The notes: generated from the sequence alone by a model not told the origin. DNA of 64,000 nucleotides from Lepidodermella squamata (GCA_047495785.1 JBLDXI010000013.1:434001-498000); one strand, 5' to 3'; counted from the stretch's first letter, positions 24,116 to 38,316 are shown. Numbers and translations are program-made.

Positions 24116-27100
24116 ATGGCTAGCTCTTTTCGAAATTCGAAACCTACAATACATATCGAACCGAACTCATCATCGGACAGTTCGATGGAGGTACTAGACA
24201 ATACCGCTCCGTCGCTGCAAAAGGCTGGACGACCAGGCCAAGGCCGGCGCTTTTCCGTTGCGGTATTTGGTCGCCAAGGTGAGTGTATTTTTCTTTATAA
24301 ATCATTCAGGTCAGCAAATTTTGTGAGAGGTGCTGTATCATGGGATTCACAGATTGATCAAGCTAATCGATTTATGTGTTTAAACCTCTTTCCTTTGTCA
24401 TAATTTTTCTTAATGGCTGCTTTCATCACAACATAATGATACGCTATTTGTTATCGTTAGCCGGTGTGAGGTAAAGCAAAGATCAATGCAAGTGAATGAT
24501 ACTTAAATTGGTGCAGAATAACTGCACGTGTATATTCATTTTCAAGCAAATGCTGATCTAAAAATGCATTGCCGCCGGCTCCATACATATTTCGACATCG
24601 CGCAGTTCGTTATTTTAGCGATCGTGAGCTGTGCCGCTGGCGAAAATTGATACTCGTTGCTGTTTTTGCCGTTAATTACGCGCCCCGGGAACTTGAGTTT
24701 TGGCCAAGTATCTCAAAATTATTCACGCAATAGTATTGCTTTTCATACGGAAGCCATTATGCGGAAATTGGTGGCCTTGGCGTTTTCATTTGAATAATTT
24801 TTCAAATAAGCCCGTGCGATGTGCTGTATTTGTCCCAGTTTTTTCACTATATTGCGCCTTTTTTGCCAAGTGACAGTCGTGATGCAATGCATTTGAATTT
24901 CTTGATGCGAGGAATTGTATACTCCTGAGCGTTTCTATATATACGTACAGTACCATATACTATATATACATTTGCGACAGCATAATTGTCAAAAAAGTCC
25001 CCGATATTAAAATGATGGCAACGCTGACTCAGCTATCGCCTATGTATGCAGCCGAACCAAACCTTGCGAATGTCACACTTACCGTCAAAATTTATTGCGA
25101 TCGCCTCGTGGCCTCGTTTTTTTCGTCGCACGTATTTGCAGCCACCCCATCTCCTTACCGGTGTCTCGTTTCTTGATTCGCCGCGATTGCACGCAGAGCT
25201 TTAAATCTGTCAATAATTCTCTGCACATTATCGGAATATGTGACGAGCACACCGACGCCCCTTATTAAGCAATGTAATCCTAGCAATGGGCTCTCTTATC
25301 CTGTGCGCCATGCTACAACAGGCCTGATTACTATTATTTTTATTTATTGAGCATTTGTTTGCTTGCGAGCTGCTTCGTGAACCAGAAGTGCAGCGCGATC
25401 GATCGACACTGCTGCTGCTGCTGCTGCAGCACGAAATTTTTTATTTATTTCGCCACACTGCGTGGAAGCTATATAATACACTAGCGTAATATAATACCTC
25501 GTCGTCGCTACTGCTGCTTGCTTTTTACTTTTTTTTTACTTCCCGCCTGTCCATGCATGCAGGTGCTTTCGCACGAGCGGGACCGCAGGGATTAAAATCA
25601 ATCACCTTGCTCGCGCCTAATTCCCATGACTGAATACTAGCGAGATTTGAATCCTTTTCAATGATATAAAATGTCGATAGCAAGGATTGGTACGCATTAC
25701 TGAGCTGCATTCCCTTTGCTTTTACGCATAGGAGGTGTGTCATTTGGCTAGTTGCGGCATTTCTCTTGAACTATTTTTTTCAATTCGGCGATAATTTTCC
25801 CATTTTTATCTCGCTTAGTTTTATGACACCTTATTTCACCGCCAGCCATATCTGCTGGCCACCACGTCGTTCTCGCCTTCTCTCCGTAAGTACCGCCTCG
25901 CATTTCGAACCGGGCTATCTTATTATTGTGTTATTACTATTATTTTATTTTCTTACTGTAATGCCTACGCGCCTTCATTATATCTGCTCTTGTTTACGCG
26001 AATATTTTTTTACGAGAGCGGAATATACACTACGCCTCTGTGCCTTATCAGCCGACTTGATCATTGTTTCCTCGTCGGCAAATTGCTTTTGATTACCCTT
26101 GAAGAAATAGGTAATCGAAGGTATAACTAACTAACAATTTACTTGGATCGTTCACCGTTATTACCGCTCCTCAGCAGCCACTCTGATTTCAGCTGCATTT
26201 CTCTCACTAGGCAAAGGCTCCTCCCCACTTTATTAGTGAAAGCGCCGCAATCGACATATTTAAGGCTTCTACATTTTATTTGCGAAATCGCTCGTACATC
26301 CCTTAAGCGGCTTATTACGACGATAGCTTTGTCTTTTACGAGCTGCGCAGATTTAATTACGTGAATCGGTTTGACAAGCACCCTTGGGGCTGGCCGTGAG
26401 GGGCATTCGTGTCACAGTGAGACGCTCTGCAATTTGACTCTCTTCTATCTAATTCTGTTTGAAAAAATCGTTCTCATAAGCGGCGTCGTCGCCGCTCATC
26501 GCAATCGAGTTTTTTCTTTCGTGATTTTGCTACGTTTAAAGTGGCTACATGCTGGCTGTTTAGTTCTAGACCGCTTCTTCCTAGATCGTTAGCTACTGCT
26601 CTTGCTATTAATAATATGCATCTGATGATAGCAATTTCGCGAAAGTGAATTTGAACGCGGTTGTGCGGAATTCGATTTTCGTGTCTGCAATCGACTACGT
26701 CTTCGTGATGAGCCATTGATCTTATTAATTCTCATGACGCCGTAGTGGGCCTGCTCTCGCTTGCTTTTTCGTCAAGTACTGCCTGCATAGCTGCATGCAT
26801 GCATCTCCCGCCGGCCGGCTGGTATATCCTCCGATGTCGCCGCTGTGGCACCAAGTTGTCAGTTGCGGTTGATCGATTACTATTTCTTAACTTGCACAGC
26901 AATATTTAAGTTCGGCCATTTTTATCATATTTCACACACTTGCGGATCTGCGGCGCGCGCGCGCGGGCGCGTCCCATCAGCATCCGAATCTCGGAGTAGC
27001 AAACAAGCGGCCGCGAACATCGGCCCGTCTTCGCCGATGCTTCATTTGTCGCCGCGTGCCTTACTGCCGCTGTGGCTTTGTCAATTCTCTCGATGTCTGT

Positions 27101-30100
27101 CTCTGGCGTAGTAATACACGCCTAATATGACCGGAAATCTATAATCGAGACGCGGCGGCGCAGTGTCTTGCCGGCTACTTTGCGCAATAAAGGAATCCTC
27201 CTCAAAATGCTGCATGTAATGGATTACTTTTTACGAACCGCGCTGCTAGTCCAGCAACGGAAGCCGGCGCGTCATCGTTTTCAGCTCGTTGTTTGCAGTG
27301 CGCGCTGTGTTACTAACTTCGCGAAAAAACGCGCGCCTCCTACTTAATTTTAGTATCGACTCGTTGTTTTCGACACGACTGACTTTCCTGTCTGCATTAA
27401 ACTCCCGCGGCGCCGACGTAGTATCGCCCCTGTTTCAACCAGGCCTGTTATTTTGTTGCGAATCTACTACGCCTAGTCTCTTATACTTGAATCTGACTCC
27501 GAATTCTTATTCGATCTAGTTATCTCGTCGCTTGCATACCGGAACATGCTGCTTATTCCCGGCACGAGTTTCAGATAAATTCTGGACTTGGTCGCCTAGT
27601 TTTTTACGGGCTGCTCTGCAAACCTTGTGCGCGTGCGTGCCTAGTCCTGCATTATCGTAATTATAGTTGTCACCTGTGCCAAGCATAAAACCAGCGTGTT
27701 TGCACAGTCAATAATTGATATGTTTTTAACCCCTCTCTTGCTCGTAGTAGTATAATTGGCTAGTGGTTAAGAAGCCATTATATTCAGTTATCTTGAACTG
27801 AAAAACACCTTGACATTTTTCTTTTCTCTAGCTCCTTCTGCCATAGCTTTTTTTACAAGTGCAGAGTTGTTTTATAGCGATCGATTCATGTTTCAGGGGC
27901 TGTTAATCTAAACTCGACCAGTCCAGCAGATCTCGACCACCGTGTTGGCACTGAACGTCGGTTTAGTGTCTTCAATTACGGCTCCGGGCCTCCTCCACCT
28001 GCTCTCAACGCAAAACGATACAAGAAAATGGCCGAAGCAGCGATGGAAAATAACGGCGGCGATATTGAAGCCGCAGAGCTGCTGAGCGCGACAAACGGGC
28101 GCATGGGCAGACGGCCCACCGATGGCAGTATCAGAAGCATTCCGTTTGAGGTTAATATCGACTGCGGTTTTTATATTGATCTTCATATTGATTTTTTTCA
28201 GGATTTTCATACTCAAATTTCGAAAGCACCTCTACCTGTTTTCTCGCAACTGGCCCAGTACATGGGCGGCATTCACCCGGCGGCGAAGGAGGGCGATGCA
28301 GGTGCCGAAAAGGCGTCGTCCAACGCCGGCCTCGGCACCCTCCTCGGCGTATTCTTGCCATGTATCCAAAATATTTTCGGCATCATGATGTTCGCTCGAC
28401 TGCCTTGGCTGACCGGCAATTCGGGCCTCATTGAAATGCTTATCATTGGTGTTATGTGTTGTGCGACGGTAATTTTGCGAAGCAATTTTTTATTTTATTG
28501 CTAAAATTTTTTGTTTACCCTCAGACTTTTCTGACCTCAATATCAATCAGTGCGTTGGCCACTAATGGCCGCGTTCCCGGTGGTGGCGCCTACTATATAA
28601 TTTCGCGAACCCTCGGCCCGGAAATAGGCGGTGCCGTTGGGTTCTTATTTTTTATCGGAAACGTGGCTGGTTGCGCCATGTACATAACTGGCGGCATCGA
28701 AATTCTGTTGATGTACCTGGCACCGCAGATAGCAATACCGGCTTTCGGACCCATCACCGAGCCGTCCAGTCTGTACAACCACTCCCGGCTTTACGGCACT
28801 ATCGCGCTCATATTCGTGTTCGCTGTAGTTTCTATCGGCATCAAATTCGTAGCCATTGCTGGTTTCGTCACCCTGGCTGCCGTCATTGGAACCATCCTGC
28901 TGGTTTTTGTCGGCATGTTCACGACGAACGAGTCCAACTCAAAGCTGTTAGTTTTAGTTTAAAATTTTGGTCTTGAACCTAATTTTTTTATTAATTTTTC
29001 CCAGGGTTTGTTTTGTTGGAAATCGACTGTGGCGCATGGACCGGGTTTACTTCAACGATGCCTGGTGTTGCACGAAGGCGCCGAAATGCCCGCAACCCAA
29101 CAACGGCACTGACAGTCCGTTATTTTCGTACTACTGCGGAAAGGATATTCGCAATACGAGCAGTCTTTGCTTGTTTTTCCTCAACACAAATACCTCAGTT
29201 GGCCCACAACCTGCCATTCCCGGCCTATTCAGCGGCGTCATTGTGGAAAATCTGTGGCCAGCTTATTCGACTGATGAAGGCGAAATTGCCGGCGCCCAGA
29301 CACTCGATAAAGAAATGCTTAGAAAAGACCCGAGTCTGTTGTACGGCAACCGCCAAGCCGGCGAAATTGTGACAGACATGGCGACGAGTTTTCTAGTCAT
29401 CATCGGCATTTTCTTCCCATCGGCCACCGGTATTTTAGCTGGTTCGAACCGGTCAGGCGATTTGGCCGACCCTGGCAAATCGATTCCGATGGGTACGATT
29501 GGCGCGAATGTCATCACGACAATAGTCTACGTTATCTGGATCGTAATTTTCGCCGGTTCCATGAAAGGTCAAGTTCTGAGAGATAAAATGGGCGAATCGA
29601 TGACTACAGCTGCTGGCGGGTCGCTAATGGCTGGCAACATCGCCTGGCCTCACCCGCTTGTTGCTCAAATCGGGTCGTTTCTCGCCACTATGGGCGCCGC
29701 GCTTCAGAGCTTGACAAGCGCGCCCCGTTTGCTGAATGCCCTGGCGAAGGATGACGTTATTCCGTTTTTGAAACCATTCGCGTATGTCACGAAGCGTGGC
29801 GAGCCGATCTACGCGCAACTCCTAGCGGCTGGAATTGCGGAGCTTGGCATCCTGCTTGGCACCATTGACTTGATTGGCCCGGTCGTGACGATGTTCTTCT
29901 TGATTTGCTACGCCGCGGTCAACTCGGCGTGTGCCATCAACTCGCTGCTTGAAACGCCGAACTGGCGGCCCCGTTTCCGTTTCTACCACTGGTCGTTGTC
30001 TGGGGCCGGTGTCGTCCTAGCCGTTATTATCATGTTCATGTCGAACTGGTGGCAGGCGCTCATTGCCATCGCTCTCGGCATCGGTATCTACAAATACATC

Positions 30101-31363
30101 GAGTACAAAGGCGCCGAAAAGGACTGGGGCGATGGCGTTCGCGGTGTCCAGATGTCGGCTGCCCTCGCCGCCATCCACCGCCTGCCCATCGATGATTCGA
30201 ACGTGAAGAGCTACCGACCTCAATTGCTGTTGTTCGTCAAGTCCGAGTTCGACGCAGAAACACAGAAATACGCACCCCAACCGATTGCTGATAATTTACT
30301 GGCGCTGACCCGCCAGTTGAAGGCTGGGAAGGGCTTGGTCGTACTTGGTAGTGTGATCGAAGGCTCTTTCCTAGACAAATCGGCTGCAGCCTCTGAGTTG
30401 CGTTCCGTATTTTTGAAACGAGCTGATATCAATAAATTGAAGGCAACACCTGTTGTCGTAGTCGCTCCGACCTCCGAAATCGGCTTGGCCACCCTGGTCC
30501 AGTCGACCGGGATCGGGGCACTTCGGCCTAACACCGTGCTAGCCGGCTGGCCTCGGTCGTGGAATGCCCAAATCACGGACGATTTGTCGGAAGGCTCGTT
30601 CCATCTGCTGCCGAACTTGCTGCGAGTGACAGCGGCCGCGGACATGTCGGCGGTTATCGTGCGAAACGCAGAAAAGTTCCCAACCGGCCGGAAAGACCGT
30701 ATGATGGGCACGACTGACATTTGGTGGATCGTCGACGATTGCGGCATGTTGCTGATGATACCGTACCTGCTGCAGCAGCACCGCATCTGGGCGCGGTCGA
30801 AGGTGCGCATTTTCGCCGTGACAATGCCTGGCCGGGGCGTCGACCCGAATAAAGTCCGCGATGCGTTGAAAGAGTTCGTCTACGACCTTCGCATCGTCTG
30901 CAGCGTCGACGTCGTTGAAACAAATGAAAGCGACGTTTCGGCCTACGTCTGCCAGCGTACGCTTACAATCGAGGAGAGGGCGAAGGTGCTGGCGGATTTG
31001 AAGGCGAAACGGGCGTCATCGCCTGAACCTGGCGCCGAAAGTCCGACCAAGGCCGGCAATTCGTTATCACCCCCTGCGACGTACAGCGGCGAGGAAGCGC
31101 GTGAGCTGGTGTCGAAGAGCTTGGCATCTCGAAACCTGGCCGAGAAGCTGCAGTCCGCGCACACGCTCAACCAGCTGATGCTTTCGCGGTCGTCGGAGGC
31201 CGATCTCGTCGTGGTGAATCTGCCGAAGCCGCCGAGCCGCGCCGAGGGCGATCTCAAGTACATGGAGTACGTGGACCTGTTGAGCGAGGGATTCGCGCGC
31301 GTCTTGCTCATCCGCGGCAGCCAGAAGCGGCCCGTAGTCACGACCAAGTTCGCCGATGACTGA
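24116..31363 (+). CDS. kcc: K-Cl cotransporter-type SLC12 cation-chloride cotransporter (exons approx. 24116-24278, 27897-28151, 28202-28468, 28524-28946, 29006-31363)
   Basis: LGTLLGVFLPCIQNIFG, SISALATNGRVPGGGAYYIISRTLGPEIGGAVG, FFPSATGILAGSNRSGDLADP, LQSLTSAPRLL, PNWRPRFRFYHW and YKGAEKDWGDG. The large Cys-containing loop after TM5 is typical of KCCs. Exon 1 joins exon 2 in phase 1 across a 3.6-kb intron. Confidence 0.93.
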
Positions 31364-34300
31364 AACGCGACGAGTCATGCAAATAATAATTTAGTCATGA
31401 ATTGTTACCGTTACTATACTACACTACATATTCTATAATGTGTTTTAACCCGAATCGTTTTACGCGTACCTATAGTGTCAAATATATTGCGATGAAAATT
31501 GTAGCAGTTGAGCTGTTGCGAGCCGTTCGATTTCTCATGTCCTGACGGCACGAGACGATTTTGAAGCGGTGCTGTTTGTCTCATACGCGACTTGAGAAAT
31601 GCTGACTACTGCCATTCGCATGTGTTCAAAGCTTTTTGTTACACGTTAGTTTATTACCTTCTTGTGAATTCCTGCCATGCGAGATGCTGAGAAGAAAGTA
31701 TAGAATCCATATTATACATTCGTACCCTGGTTGACTGATCTTTTTGGTGCTCGACGCCCGTTCCCGTTACATTGTCTTCGTTACCATCATTTTCGTTGTC
31801 GATCGTTGCAACCCTATTATTTGTCGTAATTACGTGCTCTACGTCATGCTGCTGCCGTCATAGTTTCTTTCCTGAATCCATCCTCGACAATCCGTCCTAT
31901 AAAATGTGCGCATCGCTTCGCAGCTTGGTATTGGTATCAGCCGTAGAAGAGTAGCATACGCCAGCAAAACCTTTTCTCTTCTTATCAAGTTCCACGCCCG
32001 GTTATTTGCCTCTAAATTTGTTTGGGCATAGCTATTTCTTCTCTGTATCAGTTCAAATCTGGTCCGAGTAGCTTTCTCTCCTTTCGATTATATAAGTAGA
32101 TTGGCGACACATTATTTCTGATGTGATATTTATCAGTGGCGTGAAAATGTCTCTTGTTGCTTTTCACTCTCTCAATCGGCGTTGTCGACTTTTTTGCGTG
32201 TCGCGGTTCATGTTTTTATGCAGGAGCATAATTCGAAAAATATCCATTTATTTCTTCCGCTCCTAACTGCGAAATTTTTTCAGTGTATTTTGGTTTCAAT
32301 TATTTTTTTCCGAAAATTACGCATTCTTCTCTTGTCTTGCCAATGAGTGATGCGTTGAATTGATAACATATCAAATTATAATGAAATTTTTTTCGTTTCC
32401 TTGGCTTGGATTATACATGAAAGAGATTTGAACCTCTAGTTAACTTCGTTTTCTTTGGAAACGGCAGCATTCCTTTAAATGACATTATCGTTTCTTCTCA
32501 TGCATCTTGTCTTCATTCAATATGGAAGATTGGAATACTATATTTTCTACAAAAAAATGGGCAGTTTTGACATGACGACTTCTGTTTTCTGTTGCAAGTG
32601 TTTCTGAGGGTTGAATGCGATGATTTTTGCCATGTAGTTCGAACATGGTTTGAATTTCTCGGTTGAATGATGCTCCGTTAGCATGTTGTATTCCTGTTAC
32701 AGATCCTTCTTATTTATAACCCAACACGAGATATATATTTTCTTCTAAAATTGCCCGCCGCGCTAAAACCATCTTGGTTTCGTTGAACTGATTGCGGTTG
32801 GAGCAGACATTCTTGGGAGATGTTTATATTCGTGTATCTTATATTTTGTTGTAATTATTGGAAAAGCGGATACTTATGGAAATAGGTCTATTGACGATAT
32901 TTAAAGCAATTTTGAAAACTCAAAATAAAGGTTGGAATGGCGTTATTTTAATTTGTTGCTTGTTTTTTACTGCCGAGTTTTCCAAGTTGACAATCAATCC
33001 AGCCAAGCTGCTCAATCGACAATATAACGTTAGTGAAGGAAATTGATTGGCGAGACTCACATCGTCGGATTTTTCTCATCGATTCGGTTGAAATCTATTA
33101 AGAGGAAGGTGAAGAAATTAAATTCTACGATATAAGAGGTGTCTTATAATCGGCGCGGTTTCACAGGGTATTCAAGCCGAATTATTCAGAAGTCGATTTC
33201 CGGTGCTTTCAATTGAGCGGGCTTCTCAATTACGCCGCGCCGATGAGAGCAAAGCCGGTTTTATTTGCTCAATACCTGGTGTCAAAAAATCGTGCGCGAT
33301 TGTTTGTCGCGCAATGTCGCTATGGCTTCCCTGCTATAATAAGGCGGCAATTTTACAAGTACAATGTCTCTTGAGCAAACAGTTTAACATTTTTGTAGAT
33401 ATTTTAGTCGATCCTCGACCTCATACTAAGTATTACCAACTCGTATTGTGAATTTCGATAATGATGGTCAGAACCCAGCTAAAAAAATATCTAAAAAAGA
33501 TTGGAATTTTTCCAAATTGCCCAAAATTCCCAACCTGTAGCTTTCGCATGCAAAAAGTAAAAATGGCATCCCAAAGTGTGGCTATATCTAGTTGAAGGTT
33601 GGTATAAGAGGGCTCTTGAGTATGGCGAAAAACTTGGCTTGGAAAGGTCAGAATTATACATAATGATATGTAATGTAGCGCATTATGCGTTTTTTATGTC
33701 GCCAACTCGCCGATGAATTCTGAAGTATTGGGAACAGACATTATGTTATAAGCGGCAGAGCGTTGTAGCGGTCTCACGACCGACGACGAGAGTGTTGTCA
33801 AATTATAGCGAGAGGAGCGGGAGAAACCTGTTATTTTTTTACACGCATGCCCTTGTTATATTCAAATAACTGCGTAAATATTATCCTTTTTATATACAAG
33901 TTCTTACTGCTCGCCTATTAAACTCATCATCTACCCGTGCACTGTGTTGCTTCTATGTCGTACAAATAAGCTCTTTATCTTTCATGATCCTATTCACTAT
34001 TCATGCTTGCATTTCATCTAGCAACTGCCTTTGATCGAGTCTCGAATCCTCTTCATTCATAGGTATCCACCAAAATTCTTTTTCATGAGCGGGAATATAC
34101 CATGTGAAGTTCATTATGAGCAGCTATGTCAGCGCCTGCAGCTATTCACCGATTTTTTTTCGTAATAGTCGCCCTGCGTTGCATCTTTCTACAAAGACAT
34201 TTTCACGGGCAAAAAGATTTCGGCCAGGAATCATTTGCACGAGAAAATTGTCAGTTTGAAATGTTAGTAGTTGCAGATTCATCATCGCGACTCAAATGAA

Positions 34301-34885
34301 ATTTCTCCCCAAAGGCCTGGTGGGACCTAGTTGACGAAAAATACAGTTTTCGAGTCTCTAATATTCAGAAGCTATCTTTCATATCATTTTAATAATCATT
34401 TTTCCATCGAAAATTTTCGCGATCCCGAATTCAATTTCGCTTTTCGAAGCGATATTTAAAAGCTCACTTCACCGACAATCCTTGACTAAGGAATTTAATA
34501 TTTTCTCCCATTCCTCATGCGAAATAATGCCTAGTATTTTCTTGCCACCTTTGAGAATCGTCTACCTAGCTAATTAAGTATGTATAGTAAGCCAAGCGTT
34601 GAATTGTGTCTTGAATCAGTTTATTTTTGTTATGTTTTTAACTGCGCTGGTTGCGGTTAAAAAAAAACGACCTCTGCGTGCGACAGTTTTAGTTGGCGCT
34701 TGTTGCGCGTCGTTTAAAAAATTATACTTGTAGAATAATCTCGAGTCAGTTTTTGCACACCTTCTTTTATTGTTTACAATAACTCAAAAGTTTAAAACGT
34801 GACCAAAATAATAGCGGTATAATTGCTGCTCATGTTGATATAACGCTTCATTTTTTTATGTTTAGGTTCCATTTTAGAGCCGAAA

Positions 34886-35911
34886 ATGGGTAGTTTGACG
34901 GGTCACATGATTTCCGGCGGCTTGCTGGTCTTCTTCGGCCTATGGCACGTCTTCAACGTATTTTTAGCGTACTTCCGGGCGATGAAGAGTGGCCGCCAAT
35001 TTATGTCGAGAGCGGTGTGGCCAGCGCCTTGTTACCCCAACTCGCAATTCCCATTTGAGGCTATATTTAAGCTTGGCCTCGTCTTGCTATGGGGCACAAT
35101 CGAGTTTCTCGTCATCACATTGTAACTTGCGCGTCGAATCCATCTTAAATTCGCTGTTATACCAATTATTTTTCAGAGACAAAGGCCTGTATGGTCAACA
35201 GGGCCAGCATGGTTCGATGGAGTACCTCATCGCATCTACTGGAATCGTAGATTTCTTGGTCTACTTCAATCGCAACAACCGTTGGCCGTGGCTACCTAAA
35301 AAGGCCAACTACGGCTACACAGCGTTCATCTTTTTGCTCGAAAAATACATCCTAGCTAATCACCACCCAGACAAAATGGGCATGCATATGAACATCGAAG
35401 GAATGATGCACATGTTTTTAGTCGACATTGCTTATGCCACGGCTATTATGGTGGCTGTTGAAACTGTCTTCACTCACGTTTTTGGCGTTGCCATTCTTCG
35501 CGCCTTCACCTTGGTACTGCAAGGCAGTTGGCTTTGGACGGTTAGTCAGCATTTTTTAATAATTTAGAAAAATTTCGACTTTTCCTTATAGATCGGGATC
35601 GTTATTTACACCGACTGCTGTCACCTGAGCAGCGAGAGTACGGCCGATTATCAGCTTTTGGCTCTTTACTTCAGCTACAACGCTGTCATAACCTTGGTTT
35701 TCTGCTTCATAGTTGGTTTCTTGACACAGTAAGTCCTAATGCTACATTCAAGTTTCGATATAACTCATGATTGTCCTATTATAGCTTGGCGATGGGCTGT
35801 CCGCAACCTGCTTATACAATGATCGATGAGGAGAGCGGGCGGCAACTTAAAATGCGAAATGGCGATATTGCGTCATACACCAAGTTAACCTCTGAACCGT
35901 CGGACGATTAA
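34886..35911 (+). CDS. TMEM45: TMEM45 (DUF716) family membrane protein, 4 exons
   Basis: MGSLTGHMISGGLLVFFGLW start, QHGSME, His-rich NHH...EGMMHMFL and LVLQGSWLWT|IG. GT-AG introns keep frame to TAA at 35909. Confidence 0.88.
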
Positions 35912-36560
35912 AAGAAGACAATTTCTCAATTCCCCTTTGTCGGAGTCTTGCAGTCGGTCAGCGGAAATCTTGAAGAGACATTTTCTGTTTTTTATTATCT
36001 CCGTAACAGGATTAAAGCCGTATTTGTTTTGTCATTTATAACCGCTTCAAAATGCCATGATATCAAAGAGAGTGGAGCGATGTTCGTCCCAATGCTTTTT
36101 ATATCGATATTTCAAAAAATTTCATGCGAATCTTGTGATCACACCGCCATTTTTTTGATGGATGGTTGCGAGACATCGCATACCTATTTTTTCAGATTTG
36201 TGTGTTTTATTTGTACTGGCGTTTTTCGACGTCTGATATGATGAGTGATAAACCCAACATTCTAATTATTTGTGTTTTACGGAAAATTGTATTTCGCTCC
36301 TTGAGAACAGGCATTTTACAAAATTGTCAGTTGTAAGCATTTTATCACACGCTCCTCCTGAAATTGTGTCCATGAATTTTATGGCATAATTTAAAAAATA
36401 AAACGATAAAAAATGATATCATTCAGCTTTTTATTGAAGACGGTGATTCCTGACAGCGAAACATTTATAGGTACTCTGGAAACAAAAAACTTATCACCAA
36501 TAATAATCACAAAGTCAAAGTTTGGAATTTTAATTTATTTAAGGAGGCCTTCCCTGCGAT

Positions 36561-37157
36561 TCACCCAAGCTTGGCTGCTAACACTTTCGCAAAATCTTCA
36601 TAATTAATGCGACCGCTCGGATCTGCGCTGGATTCCTTGATCAACTCATCAATCTGAAAATCATATTTCCTAAAGATAGTCTGTTTATTTTACGGGTAAA
36701 AAGACTTACCTCGTCCTCAGTCATTGTATCGCCAAGATTCGCTAGCATTTGCCTCAGTTCATTTTGCATGACGAAACCTAGGCCTTCGTGATCGAAGGTT
36801 TTAAACGCTTCAGCCAGTTCCTCCTCATTGCTTGGATTGTCGCGGATTTTCCTCGCGTAAATTTCGAGAAACTGATCAAAATCGATGTACAGCATTTCTA
36901 ATATTGAAACATGCGTTGAATTTCAAAAGGTAAAAAAGGATCAGTTTTAACTGACTTTCTTCTAGAACGTCGGCCATCAGTGCTTTTAGCTCAGCCTCGG
37001 TCGGGTTTTGCCCCGCAGCCCTGATAACGGTGGGAATGTCCGGCACAGGAATGCGGCCATCTTGGCGCTTGTCGAACATTTTGAAAAATACTCGAACTTC
37101 TTCGATTTGCTGCGGCGACAGCTCAGCCGCATAGCGAGTTGTTCCGGGATCAACCAT
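36561..37157 (-). CDS. Calmodulin-like / myosin essential light chain-like EF-hand protein, 3 exons
   Basis: LSPQQIEEVRVFFKMFDKRQDGRI...RAAGQNPTEAELK...IDFDQFL...EEELAEAFKTFDHEGLGFV..ELRQMLANLGDTMTEDE|IDELIKE..ADPSGRINYEDF. The EF loops are degenerate. Confidence 0.88.
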
Positions 37158-37910
37158 TTTATTCGAATAAATGTCCTACTGAGAAAATTCCAGTAAGAAA
37201 ATGATATTCATTCCTATTGCTAGCGATAAGTATATATATAATAGGACGCCCCTTACTATATAAAATATCTTACAGAACTCCCCATAAAAACACAACTCAA
37301 AATAATGTCCACTTTGCGTGTTCATGCCAGCTAAATTGAAAGAATTAATGTTATTCCTACTTCTTTACCGTCTACGTGCCAGCTGCATAGATAAGTAGGT
37401 GATTCGTAGCAACACCTATCGAACGCAAAGTGGTCGATACGAAGGAATATTAAAGGTAAAAGATGTTATAGAAAAGCTTCTTCTCGAGATAGATGATGTT
37501 GCACTGATCGGCATTTATCAAAAGCAGATCGATCCAAGGTGGAATTTCGAATTTCTTTTCCTGAGATTTGTCAAAAGCCTATATAGCTGATGATGAATTG
37601 AATAGGCATCAGCACTCGCTCGTTTTTCTATTCACAAATATTAATATCGCCCAAATTATACCTTGTGTACTTTACTGCGAGAGCGCTCTGCGTGATTTTA
37701 GCGTCATGGCAACGGTTTTGGACCGCAGTCATCAAAACATACATAGATCAGCTAATACACGCGCTGGGTGGTCAACAACACACACGCAGAGGGCACGTTT
37801 ACTCAGGCGAATTGCGATGCTGTGAAAAGCGTGCCATTTTTCGCCCAGATTGTACAAAATGCTGAGTAAATCATTTAAAAAATACTTAACTGATTCTGAG
37901 ATCAAATAAT

Positions 37911-38316
37911 GGTTGTGTGCGAAAAGAGCAAGCGAAATAAGAGCAATGATATGAGAGCAATGACATAAGAGCAAAACGAAATAAGAGCAACGAGATAAGA
38001 GCAGAACGACGAAAGAGCAATTATTAATGATAAATCAAGAAAAAAATAGTGGCACGCGACTTGTTTTTTTTCTTTGAACAGACAAGTGAATCTCGACCCT
38101 TCAAGTAGCTCGAATTGCTGTTTAACCGCTCCGCTAATCACTTGATAATGATGCGGAAAAATATATGATCGCGTGCCACTATTTTTTCGTGATTTATCAT
38201 TAATAATTGCTCTTTCGTCGTTCTGCTCTTATCTCGTTGCTCTTATTTCGTTTTGCTCTTTTGTCATTGCTCTCATATCATTGCTCTTATTTCGCTTGCT
38301 CTTTTCGCACACAACC
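37911..38316. mobile_element. Intact 406-bp foldback-type MITE with ~149-bp TIRs, internal AGAGCA subrepeats and 8-bp TSD
   Basis: 37911-38059 is a near-perfect inverted copy of 38169-38316 (termini GGTTGTGTGCG...CGCACACAACC). Direct repeat CAAATAAT flanks it at 37903-37910 and 38317-38324. Confidence 0.95.

Noticed and set aside
30017-31378. Long antisense ORFs within the KCC last exon
   Set aside because: Expected from high GC3 codon usage of the sense gene.
37924-38020. Regularly spaced AGAGCA repeats resembling a CRISPR-like array
   Set aside because: Units are only 14-17 bp, are mirrored in an inverted arm with a TSD, and there are no cas genes. They are MITE subterminal repeats in a eukaryote.
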